DNA of 64,000 nt from the NCBI RefSeq assembly GCF_009914755.1, contig NC_060943.1; one strand, 5' to 3'. Source of the stretch: the human T2T-CHM13v2.0 reference genome, Homo sapiens. This document shows positions 43,246 to 60,131 of the stretch, piece after piece (within the stretch, counting starts at the first letter, position 1; each line of letters begins with the position of its first letter). Under the pieces are notes generated by a model. It worked only from the letters and a program-made list of their open reading frames with translations, searched no databases and had not been told where the DNA came from. Position numbers and translations under genes: made by a program.

Positions 43246-44032
43246 TGAACAGGCTTTTAATGCAAATAAAGTGCCCTGTTTTGGGAAAAACTGCCACAAA
43301 GGACATTTATTAGTAAGTAAGAGAAGAACATACCAAGATTTAAAACAGAAAGGGATAGGCTAACTCCAGTGTTTTGTTCAAATGTAGTTGGTTTTATGAT
43401 AAGGACTGCCCTTATCTATAAAACTGCTAACCCCAAACCCTTGCACAAGCTGTCAGTCTTTTGGTTGTACAACAAGAAGGCCTGGACAATGAGAACCATT
43501 TTTTCTGGGTTGTTCCCATTAATGCTTTGTTCCTGAAGTCAGGAAGTGCCTTGACAGAAAGTAATTGCCTTTAAAGTTCTTTTGACATTGTACAATGCCC
43601 CTGGCCAGCCAGAACCCCATGAGATCAACACCAAAGTTGTGGAAGTGGTCTACTTGATCCTAAACACCCTCTAATTTGGCATAAAGATGATGGAGTCATA
43701 AGAATCTTTAAATTAGGATCCCTAATCCCCACATTGTTCAAGGGTCAACTGTATATATTGACCAGTATTCATTGAACTGTACATTTTAAACTGGCAAATT
43801 TTATTGTGTGTAAATTACACTTCATTAAATCTGCTTAAAGAGAAAAAAATAATCCATGAGTCCACAGACATAAATGAATGAATGAATGAAGTAGGAAAGA
43901 AAAAGTTATACTTTATAGTAAAATGTCAGTTAAAATAGATGGAGATAGAAAATCATCAATGAGAGCTAAACTGGTGAAGTAAAAGATTAATGAGGAAAAG
44001 GAGTTTTATATATTTCTAAAGAATCTTTCTTC

Positions 44033-44338
<306 letters not shown>

Positions 44339-44554
44339 CTATTTATTTGCATTTATATAGAAAAAACAGTAGAGAGAATGTAAACAACCCAGTCAGGAGG
44401 AGACTCCAACACTGAAAAAAATTCATGAGTACCATATTTACATGTTTTAAAATCATATTTCGTCAGAATTATATTTTCACAACGATAGATATGGTAAAAA
44501 TGATTTTGCACTTTCTTACAGTACCACAAAACATTTTAATGGAGCAAGAGATTT

Positions 44555-44904
<350 letters not shown>

Positions 44905-45237
44905 TAATGGTTTATGTTACAAGATAAATAAAAATGATTAGTATTTGGTTAAAAAATTTTAGGCTGGACACGGCCTATTATCTAAGAAATTAGATATATA
45001 TTTTGCATACAAATTCATTACTAGCTGTGTTATTTGTAGATATTTTATGCTAATCATTTGTAGCTCCTCTTTTTAATGTTAACAAGATATTTTGAAGAGC
45101 ATTGCATTTAATTATGAGAAAATCTAATTTCTTAATTTTCCTGTTACAGTCTTGTTTGGTGTTTTTATGTAAGAAATATTTGCTTCACTATGATCACAAA
45201 GATTTTCCTCCATTATCTCCTAGAAGTTGTATGGTTT

Positions 45238-45573
<336 letters not shown>

Positions 45574-47598
45574 TTATTTCAAGTTAATTTTTAGCATAGA
45601 ACTTGCTGGAACATGGGTTAAATGGTCAGGAAAAGTGGTAAATTAAGGATAAAAATTGCTACATTCTTTGGAAAATGAAAGCAAATAGCAAGATGATAGT
45701 GTTATTCATAGAGATGAAAGTGACTGTTAGACTTGGTGATAAAAGCTGAGAAAACTGCTCATTTTGGAGCACATTTAAATATCTATCACAGAGGCAAATT
45801 GGAAGGTCAGGGAAAAAAATTGGAAAAATGAATCTAGAACTCAGGTAACAGTAAGGATGGTTGGGAAGGTTTAAATTAGTAAATTGGAAGATTTCATAGA
45901 AAACTCATGAAGGTTAAGTGACCTGAGGATGCAGAAGTGACCACTGGGCTAAAGTGAAGAACAAATATGGAGAGAAGTGGCAGGCTTGCATGATACACAT
46001 GCGTTCAGTAAAGCAAACACATCACAACCCAGTGAGTATTCTCAATATCAGCACATCTCTTAAACTAGCACCACAATCAATAATGAAAATCCCCTTCATC
46101 CACCAATGGGTTCTAACTCCTAGAATTTATGATTTCTAGTGCTCTGTATTCTAACATATATTTTGCTCATCTTTGCATTTTGTACTCTTTTGCTTAATTC
46201 TCAGTGGCATATCTTCATTTGGAGAGATGTCTTTTAAGTCTAGTGGTGGCTTCTTGTCATCCTGGTCCTACTCCTCCTCTTCCTCGTGTTCCTCTTCCTC
46301 CTTCTGTTCTTTCTCTTCCTGCTCCTTGTCCCTTTACATCTTTATCTTTATTTTTACCTTCATCTTCATATTCTTTTTCACCAGAAATCCCTCAGGTTGA
46401 CCAAGATGGTGGTATGTAGCTATATGTGCCACATGTGGCCTGGAGTGTAGGACTGGTAAGATGTGACTCATAACAATATGGATAGACGATGTAATTCTGG
46501 GTTTAAAAAAAAAAACCTCTGCATGACCTACACTTCAGAGGCCCTTAGAGCTTCCTCAGTAAATTTCTGTTCATTTGTGTCTCTTTGGGTTGGTTTCCTA
46601 CCTGGGGATGTGACAACATGGATCACAGGCGTTACAGTTTCAAGGTACATTTCCATAGAAGAGGATGACAAAATAATTGCCTTTACATAGAAAATGAGTC
46701 ATAGGAGGTTTCTCTTTGGAATTCTTAATTGTTTACCAACAGTTTCCCTAAATGCACCAAGATTCCACCCTCACATATGTGGCACTAGGCTACACGAACT
46801 TCCAGCTATGACAGGAAGCATTTAAGTTTCTGCTGTAAAGGAAAGAAGAGATTCGGGGCAGAAAGCGTCCTGACTCTGGGGCATTACTGAACTCCCCTGC
46901 TGAGGAAGGAATTTTGGGGCCAAACAGCAACAATAAGTCTATCAAGCGTATAGCAAAAATATTCCTGATAGTGTCACATGCCCCACAATATAGAGATATC
47001 TAAGGATAATTAATATCAAGGTCTGAAGTGAGATAATTATGGTGGGCCTAGAATATGTGAAAACAATGTCACAGGAATGGCAAGAACCAAATGAACAGAA
47101 ATAATAGAGACTGATAAATTATTTCAAGTCCTACTCTGAGTAATTACTCATGCATCACAACAAGAATGATTACTTCAAACTTTCTGATAACTATATAAAC
47201 ACATGTAAAGAAGGAAGCAATATTTTCCGTATTATGGATTCTTTGCGTAGCTTTCTGAAATTCAAAACTAAATATTGCAAGCTAACTAAAAGAGATGGAA
47301 TTTCTTCTAGAATATCAACCAATACGTCAAGAAAGTTGTTTAAAAATAGCAGAAAGGTCAATATAATAAAATAAGTCAATATCAATATTCCACTAAATCA
47401 TATTTAATGCAGATATTCATTTATATTTTAAACAGTCAATACGTAAAGTACCTACCTGATTGTTCACTTTAAAGCTGGTGCAAATTAAAGTAATATGAAG
47501 GATAATAATGCTTTGCAGATTACTCTTTAAAAATAAATGAAAGAGATATTTAGAGAATATGTGAACTTTTAGAAAAACACAAATAAGAAAAAATGTGA

Positions 47599-48144
<546 letters not shown>

Positions 48145-48155
48145 TAAGAGGATCA

Positions 48156-49017
<862 letters not shown>

Positions 49018-49199
49018 CTATAGCCAAAGATTACATTCATAAAGATATTTTTACAATATAGGTGTCTTATTTAATATGACTCCAATCTAAATGGTAATTT
49101 TTCTAACCTTTCTTAAGTAATTATAAAATGTCAAAATTATAAACAATTAAAAACTAAAGAGAAATGAAGACAATGGATAGCAACAAAAGCTAATTGCTA

Positions 49200-49500
<301 letters not shown>

Positions 49501-49659
49501 AAAAGAAAAGAAAAAGAAGATATAATGTTTCTGCAATCTCATTTCAGTTCCACTTATGATAATAGATACATTATGTAATTTAAGTCACTAACACTTGAGG
49601 GCAAAAAAACAGAATAAACACAAACGTGTGGGATAAGGGGATGCTGACCCCACTGTTAG

Positions 49660-49925
49660 TGATCACCTTGGTTGGAGACCCAGGTTTTATCATACAGATG
49701 AAGCCTGCAGGTAGCAAGTTTCAGAGAAATAGATTGTAAATGTTTCTTATCAGACTTAAGGTCTATGCTGATGTTATTGCTGTAGGGGTAGAATGAGGCA
49801 TGTCCAACCCCCTCTTCCATAATGGCCTGAACTAGATTTTCAGGTTAACTCTATAATGCTGAGAGGAGGGGGTCCATTCAGATAGTTGGGAGGCCTTTGA
49901 ATTTTATTTTTGGTTATAGTTTCTA
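49660..49925 (-). mobile_element. MER4-group (MER57-like) LTR fragment
   Basis: TGTAAATGTTTCTTATCAGACTT and GGGGTCCATTCAG...AATTTTATTTTTGGTT motifs recalled from MER4-group LTRs. Confidence 0.5.
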
Positions 49926-50129
49926 CATTAAAAAAAAGAAAAAAATTAAGGGTCGCGTCAATTCTCAATTGTCAACATTTTTAATGTATTGTATGCAATA
50001 TATGTCAACTTTTGTGTTGAGAAATGAAGATCAAATCGTATTCTTTTATCCTGTGTATGTAATAGGCTTTGCTGACCCTAGTTTGATGGGTTTTTTCCTT
50101 TGTCCTCTCTTTCTTGGATTGAGTCCTCA

Positions 50130-50501
50130 CAGCGCGGCGGACTGCGGCGTGGTAGGAACTACACCACCCAGAATACTGTGCGCTGAGCGTGCCGGGGCCT
50201 TAGACCAATCATTGCCCAGGAAAGGGGCACCTCCGTAAGTGCGCAATACGCCAGAATCTTCCGGCGTCTTTCCGGTGGTGGTCGTTTTTGCTGCCTGCGA
50301 GCGCGTCCGCGGGCTGGGCGTTTCCGGCTCGCTGGGTCCGGGCCAGGTAACTGGAGCCGGAAACCGGTGGAGGTGGTGTCCGCCCGCAGAGGAGCTTGCC
50401 TGGTCTCGGTCTGAGCGTCGCCCAGCGATTTGCCACCGCACGCACGCCGGATCCCGGGCTTTACCGCCCGCCTTTCCAGGCCCCGCCCCGCCTAAAGTCC
50501 C
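50130..50501 (+). promoter_or_regulatory. ZNF549 CpG-island promoter/5'UTR
   Basis: ACTACACCACCCA at 50158, CCAAT at 50205, tandem TTCCGG ~50259-50275. Confidence 0.75.
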
Positions 50502-50534
50502 ATGGCCGAGGCAGCGCTAGTGAATACGCCGCAG
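50502..50534 (+). CDS. ZNF549: ZNF549 exon 1 (MAEAALVNTPQ)
   Basis: CCATGG Kozak; CAG|gtgaga; 33 nt. Confidence 0.92.
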
Positions 50535-51879
50535 GTGAGAGCGGAGTCCTCGGATCCTCACCTGGGTCCTGAGGCCCCGGACTGGGGTCACCTGCGTGGG
50601 TCTCTGCAGTTCAGGCCTCTTCTCCAGGACAGCGAGGAGTTCTGGGTGGGGTCCTCAGAGCTGACGGGCGGTGAGGTGAAGAAGGGAGAGCGTTGCGTAC
50701 CGTGGGGGCTGCACGCGCAGAGCCTGGGAGGTGCGCCGGGGTCGCGAGCATTCGGAAACTTGGGGGCGGACCTGTGTCTGCAGGGAGCAGAGAGAATGAG
50801 GAGAAGAAGGCACGGCTGCCATGGCAGCCTGAGCAACCGGGGTTTTTAATTCTGAGTCTTTGGGAGCCATGGAGGGTTGTGAACTAAAGGAGAACACGAT
50901 CTGAGTGAGGGTCTGAAAAAATATTTCAAAGGCAATGAGTGGAGAAAACAGACTGTTACGGAGTGATGGGGGTGGACGCAGGGATACTGGTGAGGAGACT
51001 GCTGTAGTAGGCTCCAGGAGGATTATGGTGGATTCTGGACCAGACGGGTTGCTGAAGGGACCTAAGTAATAAGAATCTTGGTAGATCTTAAAGGTAAAGC
51101 CAGCAGGATTTTCTGCTCCATCATTTGTGCCTATGAGCAAAAGTGGGAGTGAAGTATGATCCCAAGTTTTTCTTTTACCTGAACATCTGGAAGAGTTGAC
51201 AAAGAAATCTGGTGAGGGAGCAGGTTTCAGGGAAATAGTAGGAGTTGAATTTTGGACGTGGTGTTTCTAAATTGCCACAGAGTGAAGTTGTTACATGGGC
51301 AGTTGGAATCATAAGTAGAAAATTCATGGGAGGGGACTGACTCAGTGATGTGTAAATGGAGACAGGCTGGGGCGTAGACTCAAGCCAAGCCTTAAATTTA
51401 GACGGGAAATCTTAAGGTTTTACTTTGAGATGAAGAGAGGGAGGGCTGAGGCTGGAGGCTGGGAAAGTGTGGGTCGGCCTTGGCGAAGCTGCCTGCAGAT
51501 AGGAGGGCCATGGGGTTCCGGGGGTACTTCCAAAGGGAATGTGTAAGGAATACACACTGCATAGGATGGATTTGAGGGTGGGACACTGTGTAGAGTCACC
51601 ATTCAGAAGACTTGGCGAACTGTTCACTCTATGTGGAGCCAGAGAAAGGTCAGCCAGACTAGCAGAGAAGCCCAAGCCCAGCAAGAGCAGCTCTCCCAGG
51701 AAAATACAAGTTTAGACTGTATAGATTTAACAAATTAAATTTATGCAAGCAATTAGTTAACCGAATAAAATGTCACTATAACTCTGTGCTCTAATAAAAA
51801 ATAAATGTTTGTTTTTTGTCATGCTTTCCTGGCACAGAATTCCTAAAATCGTTGTAATTTCCTCAGTGAAAAGTGTCTT

Positions 51880-52130
51880 GTGATAAGTCATGGACCGCAT
51901 AACAACAGTGTTGACCACATCAGTGACGGTGGTCCCATAAGATTATGATACCATATTTTTACTGTACCTTTTCATTTTCTTTCTTTCTGATCAGGAGGCA
52001 AACTGCATTTTCTAAGTTTATAAATGTTTAAATGCACAAATAATTATCACTGTGTTACAGTTGCTGACAGTATTTAGTATAGTAACTTGCTGTACAGGTT
52101 TGTAGCCTAGGAGCAATAGGCTATACCATT
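51880..52130. mobile_element. Tigger3/MER7-like DNA transposon fragment
   Basis: GGTGGTCCCATAAGATTAT..., TGTACAGGTTTGTAGCCTAGGAGCAATAGGCTATACCAT. Confidence 0.6.
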
Positions 52131-52156
52131 TAGTAGTTGAACAATGAATGTCTGAA

Positions 52157-53018
<862 letters not shown>

Positions 53019-53997
53019 TACTTGAGTTTTATGAGATGGCTTAGGGTGAGCAGACAAGGTGGAGTCTCTAGATAGCCTCAGAGTGGAGTCAGTCACCAGA
53101 AAAATCAAGTGATTATAGAATTTGAACTTTAAGCCCCACCTCTGGCATCCAGGGAGGGGAGCAGAGATCTGGAGATTAGGTTATATAAAATCTTGAACAA
53201 TGAGTTCTAGAAGCTTCAAGGTTGTGAACACTTGGAAGTGCTGGGAGAGTGACGTAAGAGAGTGTGGAAGTACTCTGCCTTACCCCCTCTCCCAGTACCT
53301 TGCCATATGCATCGCTTCCATTTGGCTGTTCCTGAGTTACATCCATTATCATAAACTGGTAAACATAAGTAAAATATTTTCCTGAGTTCTGTAAGTGGTT
53401 CTAGCAAATTATTGAACGTAAGGAGAGAGGTCATGGCAGCCCCCAAATGTGTAGCCAAGTGGAGAAAATTACAGTGGTCTGGACATTGGCTTGCAATTGC
53501 CATATGAAGTGAGGGCAGTTTTGTACGACTGAGCCCTTAAACCTGTTGGTTTAGCTGCAACTCCAGGTAGTTAGTGTTAGAATAGGATTGAATTGTAGGA
53601 CACCTAGTTGGTATCAGAATCAGAGAATGGTGTGGGAAAAGACACTACATATTTATTATCAAAGAAGCACAGAAGCCTCTCATAATTTGAAAAGATACCA
53701 CATTCACATAAAGACTTAAATGGCAAGTAAGAAACACCAGAGTTTTAAAAAATGTTTACAGAAATCTTAATGCAATAGTCAGTACTAGCTAAATCTTAGC
53801 ATTGGACACGTATGAATGAGTTTGATGCCTACGATGGCACTACGAGATAGCCACCATTAAGTGTTTCCATTTTACAGATGAAGGCAACCTCAGAGAGGTT
53901 AGGTCTTTGTCTAGTGTCACACAGTTGGCAAGAGCAACTTACCCTTTGTAAATGCCACCTTGAACACCTGTATTTCATAGCCTCCCTCTTCCTACAG

Positions 53998-54036
53998 ATT
54001 CCCATGGTAACAGAAGAGTTTGTGAAACCATCACAG
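53998..54036 (+). CDS. ZNF549: ZNF549 39-nt microexon 2 (IPMVTEEFVKPSQ)
   Basis: ttcctacag|...CAG|gtaagt. Confidence 0.9.
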
Positions 54037-57000
54037 GTAAGTGGAAGAAGTCCCAGGTCTTCACTGGCCCTGTTCCCTAAAGCCATGGGTCTGGCCCACA
54101 GATGCAGGTAACAATAATGTCCTGGGACTCTTTTTCCTTCATCTTGGGTCCCTGGGGCCACCTCAGGCCCAGGATGATTAATCAGGGTCAGGAGTTATAC
54201 AGAGATGTTCCCATTTCTGCATCCAATAGGATGAAGTGATGAAAGGTTTCCTGGGCATAGGCGCCAGCATGTCCAAATGCTTAGAGATGAGAATGATATG
54301 GGCATATATAGGGAACTGCAAGTCTGTGCACTGTGGCCAAAACTTTTGCAGTTTGAGCTGTGACAGAACTAACATGAGTTTCTTTTTCCTTCTTTACAAT
54401 CTCACAGATACATGATTTGTCCTTTTCGTAGATCTTAGCAAACTCAGAGTACAATATTTTTTTTCTTGTTAAGAACTCTCACCTTTTCACTTAAAGGAAG
54501 TACTTCACAGGTTGTCTTTTACATATCTGAATGGCTGGTATTATCGCTCTTGTGCTTTGGGGGTATTAAGTAAAATAAGCGTTACTTGAACACAAGCACT
54601 GTGATAATGAGACAGTTGATATGATAACCAAGATGGCCACATAGTGATTAACAGGCAGGTAGTGTATTCATCATGGATCTATTGGACAAACGGATGATTC
54701 ACGTCTTGGGCAGAACAGCGTGGGACAGTGTAAGATTTTATCACACTACTCAGAGAAGCACGTCATTTATAATTTTTGGGTTGTTTATTTCTGGAATTAT
54801 CCATGTAATATTTTCAGACCACAGTTAACCAGTAGTAAGTGAAACCATGGAAAACAAAATTGTGGCTAAGATCGGGGACGACTGTATATGTATTCAGTGC
54901 TATACATTTTATTCTAAGCACCGCTTCGACTGCATCTCACAAATTCTAAGTTGTGTTTTCATTTCATTTAGTTCAAAATATTTTTAAATTTATCTTGAGT
55001 ATTTCTTCTTTGTTCCATGCGTTGTCTTGTTTACATCTCCCAGGTATTTTGGGATTTGCCAGCTCTCTTTCCATTACTGCTTTCTAGTTGAATTCCATTG
55101 TGATTGCAGAGCAGACCTTGTATTATTTCTAGTAAATTTATTAAGATGTGTTTTATAACTGTGTATTGTAAACTGGGGAGTAAATGCCCTTCGTGGGGTC
55201 TCTAGGATCATTCCAACACTGCCGTGGAAATGAAACTCTGAGAAGCATAAAGGATTTATTATATTCATAGGTCCTCATAGAGGGTGGCACAGCAAACCAT
55301 GCATGGAGCCATATGGAAATAGCTCTCAGGGAGTGGACTCAACCAAGCAGGCAGGGAGCCAAGAGGGAGAGCAAGGACCTGTGGGCAGGTGCCTTTCCTA
55401 CTGTGTTTGAATGTCATTCAGTCACAGTCAAAGGATGAAAAGAAGGGGAGGTTGTGACAGGGACCAGTCTTAGCATGCTGGGGACCTGGTCACCGGGGTG
55501 GGTTGCTCATAATGTATTGGGGATGTTGAAGCATCAGGAAAATAGGAAGTTTTAAAGATATATAAAACAGGCCCAGAATGTGGTCTGTCTTGTTGAATAT
55601 TCCGTGTGAGCTTGAGAACAGCATGTATTCTGTTCTTGTTGGACAAAGTAATCTAAAGATGGTGATTATGTCCAGTTGATTGATGGTGTTGTTGAATTCA
55701 GTTAAGTTTAGTGGTTTTCTGCCTACTGTATCTGTCAGTAACAGAAAAGAGTGTGGAAGACTTCAATTATGATGGTGGATTGATCTGTTTCTCCTTGAAG
55801 ATCTGTCAGTTTTTGCCTCATATAGTTTGATGCTCTGTGGTCAGGCATGTATGTGCTAAGGATTCTTGTATCTTTTTGGAAACTGCCTCAACCTCCCGAG
55901 TGGCTGGGATTACAGGCGCCCGCCACCACGCCCAACTAATTTTTGTATTTTTAGTAGAGACAGGGTTTCTGCACATTGGCCAGGCTGATCTCGAACTCCT
56001 GACCTCAGGTGATCCACCCGCCTTGGCCTCCCAAAGTGCCTGTGATGTTTTCTTGATAGCTACACATGATGAGCTCAGTAAAAGGAATTGCTGTAAATAG
56101 GCCTTTAATAATGTGGTGGTGAGGTGTGTCAGCGGGCAGGGGAAGCATTTTAAGTCCCACAGTTAGGTCTCAGTGTTTTAGTGAGCCTGTTCCTCTTGAC
56201 TGAAATTCACATGTGTTTCTAAATTGTGTTTATTATGCTTTTTCTCTCCCATTATGTGGAAGAGGAATACTAGAGTGGGTTGTAGTTGGTTATTTCCCTT
56301 CCCCCAGATAGATTAGGCTCTGATAATACCTCTGCAGGTTAGGCTCTGATTAACTGTTGTCTCCCAAGGGCAGGCTTTGTTTAGAGGAACACATTGCTAT
56401 GGCATATTTTAAAATGATTCATTTTCCCCTCTCTGCTGGAAGCACAAGGGGATTTTTTTTTTTCCAGTATTCACCATGAGAACTTGGTTAAGTTTCTGGA
56501 GGTAAATATTGCAAGATTGTGGGGGCCCCCTATCAGAGTGCCTCCTGAATTTTCAGCTCACAGAATTGTCCACACAGACCTTCCAGCAATTTATGCATTA
56601 TAGATTGGGTTTTCCTAACCTAGCACTGGTTTGCATGATGGTTTCCTTTCATGAGTTTCTGCTCCTGTGAGCCTTGATTCTCCTGTATGCCCTCGTTTGT
56701 CTCTCCAATCTTGTGGGCAGCAGTGTGTGCTGTGCCCTTATCTTTCCTGTGTGGATCCTAGAATTGTCCATTTTTCAGTCTGTTTAACTCTTTACTTGCT
56801 ATTGTGATAGAGTGGCCACTTCCAAGCTCCTTACATGCAGAATAGAAACCAAAGTCCAGGAGTTAGGCCTTCACAATGTGGAGTCTCATGTTGGGACTTC
56901 TTGGTGGTGGTGTTAGGTGCACAGCAAGAGACAGACACGTGGAGTTCAGGGAAGGGATCCAAGTGAAAGCTATCCGTCAGCCAGTGGCTGGCCTGTGGAC

Positions 57001-57987
57001 CATGGCAGATTTAAGAGGAACACTCTTCAGGTCATAGTGGCAGTCCCATCAGTGAGGAAGGATGTAGAGAGTATTCTCTAATGACTGGGTCTCTTGCATG
57101 GTCACCTAGATAGAAGTGGGAACCATCACTAAGACAGATAAAGAAGAGTAGTAACCATGGGTGTGTGGGGGTAGGATGAAACGGGTGTCCAGCTGTTGGC
57201 ACAGTCTTTAAATGGGGAATGTTAAGAGATTCATTCAGAGGCAAAGCAGTAATGGAGGTCAAATAACACCAAGGTCAGGGCTGGTGCTTTTCCTCCCTTT
57301 TGCTGGCTCAGACTTTTGTTGGTAACTCTTGGTAGGGCCTAAGTAGTTTCAGACGGTGTGACAGATTAGGTTAAAAGCAAATGAGATTGACTGGGAGAGT
57401 CATTCAGCCTGTGGTGGGAGCAGCTGGGGGCCAAGCTTTGACTGAGTATAGGTGGAGAGAGGAAAGATATGACTGGTGTGGGGACAGCACAGGCAACACT
57501 AAGGAGGAAGTGGACTTTGGCAGCCTGAGCTCACACAAGGTCTGAGTGGCTGAAATTGGAACAAAGAGCCAGGCCACATGGGGACGTCTTCATAACAGTC
57601 CTGAGACTGCCTCTGACTTGGGTCTAACAAAGATGTGAGGTGGTGCTGGATCCTTGTTGCATTTAGCAAGCGCTGCCTGGATCCCTTGAGCAGAGTGGCA
57701 TGTGGAGAAGCCAGGTGAAGTACCTGTGTCATGGATGCTGAGGGCAGTGGAGTTCAAGGTGTAGCAGTCACGATCTGGAGATGTGTTCCCATGAATGGTG
57801 TGCAACCGGGGAGGGAGTATGGCTGTACTCAGGATCCTCGTACTGGCACTTTAAACCAAGATGGTAAGCACAGGTTTCAGTATCTGGGTCTCCAGGGAGG
57901 TGAACTAGCAGGAGCATGGATGAGATTCCATGATGTAAGGCCCAGAGCCCAGTGGGAGACACCATAAGGACCTGGTATCTCCTCTGA

Positions 57988-58209
<222 letters not shown>

Positions 58210-58718
58210 TAAAACCACACCATCAACCTCTGCTGGACTCTGCTCTTCCCCTTTTTCCAGGAGTTTCCTGTCTTTCCCAGAGTTGGACATGGGCCCTTCT
58301 TCTTTCCTTGGTTCTTGACCTGTGGAAGACATAGGCGTTGTGGTTGCCAGGCCTGGGTTTTTTCTGCCCCAACATCTACTGTCCTGAAGCCTTTTAGTTA
58401 AGAGTTTGGGTTCAGACTCTTGTAACTTGCCCAACCGACACCACTTGGTTTTGCCACTCCTTGCTAAGGTGACTGTTCAGTTCTGTGGTGGACCTGTGTT
58501 ACAGGTTCTCCCCCTGCCTTTAGTAGACGTGTCTTTGGACCTGCCTTTCTCAGGAATTACAGGTACTTACATGGTTGCTATTTGTAGGGAACCCTAGACT
58601 ATGACAGCAAGACCCCCTCCCAAGGGTTTTTTTGTAATAAATTTCCCTCCTGTAGTCTGTCATGGGTTGGCGCACCCTGGGCCAGTGTTGTTGACCCACC
58701 TCCCTGTTTTTCCCTTAG

Positions 58719-58847
58719 GATTTCTTCTACCTTCCAGGACCCAGATAGTCTCCTGACTTAAGCTGGGGACAGGGGAGAGGCCTGTGTTCCTGAAAGCGTA
58801 GTGAAGTCTTCAGCCACAGCAAGGGGGGTTAACAGGGTTTGGGACCT
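58719..58847 (+). pseudogene. Decayed KRAB-B-like exon in ZNF549 intron 3
   Basis: Homologous to ZNF419 exon 4 (TCC AGG ACC..., TCAGCC); acceptor cccttag and donor |gtgagt present; in-frame TGA 58754-58756. Confidence 0.6.
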
Positions 58848-59117
58848 GTGAGTAGGAGCAGTGGGAGGGCATGATTTGAGGGCTGAACTCAAATCATACC
58901 AGGCAAATGTCCTATGTTCCCCACTATTTTGGTGCCAGGGCTCATGGCCATACCTCATTTTTCTCTTTTCTCTGCCTGCTTGACAATTTGCCTACTTGTC
59001 GTTTCTACTGTGATTGTCCCCTACCTCTGTTCTCCACATCTCTCCTGTTCCTGTTCTGCAGTGTTCTCCAACATTAGCCTATACCTAATGTATTTAATAT
59101 TATGAGCTGTGCAGATA

Positions 59118-59447
59118 CAGATGTTCCTCAGCTCGTGATGGGGTTATATCCTGATAAACCCATTGTAAGTTGAGAATATCGTAAGTCAGAAATGCATTTA
59201 ATACACCCAACTTATTAGACATCCTAGCTTAGCAACACAGTAGAGTGTCAGTTGTTTAGCCTGGTGATTGCATGGCTTACTGAGAGCTGCAGCTTGCTAC
59301 CACTGCATCACAAGAGTATACACACTGCGTATCACTAGCCTGGGAAAAGTTCAAAATTCAAAGTATGGTTTCTACTGAATGTGTCACTTTCGTATCATCA
59401 TAAAGTGGAAAAATCATAAGTTCAACCATTATAAATCAAAGACTGTC
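59118..59447. mobile_element. Tigger4/MER46-like DNA transposon
   Basis: CAGATGTTCCTCAGCT...GATAAACCCATTGTAAGTTG start. Confidence 0.6.
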
Positions 59448-59733
59448 TACTTAAGCTCTCAAACATCAGCTATCCAGTTGTAATTGCATTTTCCTGGGGT
59501 GACACACATTCTATGCAGGTCTCCCCTGTCTCCATCAGATGACGTCCTATTGAAAACCATTGACAGAGAAGGGAGTTGTATGCCCCCTGCCTCTCTTCCC
59601 ACCATAGTACCCCATTCCTTGTTCTCTTGCTGGTTATGGGTCTTCCCCTACATGGTAACCTTAAGAGGCCTAATACTGCAAGTATTATCTTCCTTGACCT
59701 GACTCCAGCTCCCTTGTCCTGAAAACAAACCCA

Positions 59734-60030
59734 TGGCCTGGGTGCAATGGCTCGTGCCTATAATCCTAGCACTTGGGGAAGCTGAGGTGGGAGGATCACT
59801 TGAGCTAAGGAATTTGAGACCAGCCTCGACAACATAATGAGACCTGTATCTCCACAAGAAATTCTAAAAAAAAATTAGCCAGGTATGGTGGTATATGCCT
59901 GTAGTCCTAGCTACTTGGGAGGCTGAGATGGGAGTGTCACTGGAGCTTGGAAGGTCAAGGCTGCAGTGAGATATGACTGCAACTGCACTCCCATCTGGGT
60001 GACAGAGCAAGACCCTATCTCAAAGAAAAA
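59734..60030 (+). mobile_element. AluJ-like
   Basis: Diverged Alu; TSD-like AAACC(C)ATGG. Confidence 0.82.
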
Positions 60031-60131
60031 CCATGGACTCGTCCCTCCCTGTGTTCCACAGGTATTTGTAATGGAGCTGTTCCCTTCTACCAAAGTCTGC
60101 ATATACTTCACTTGCATTTTTATGCTTTTAG

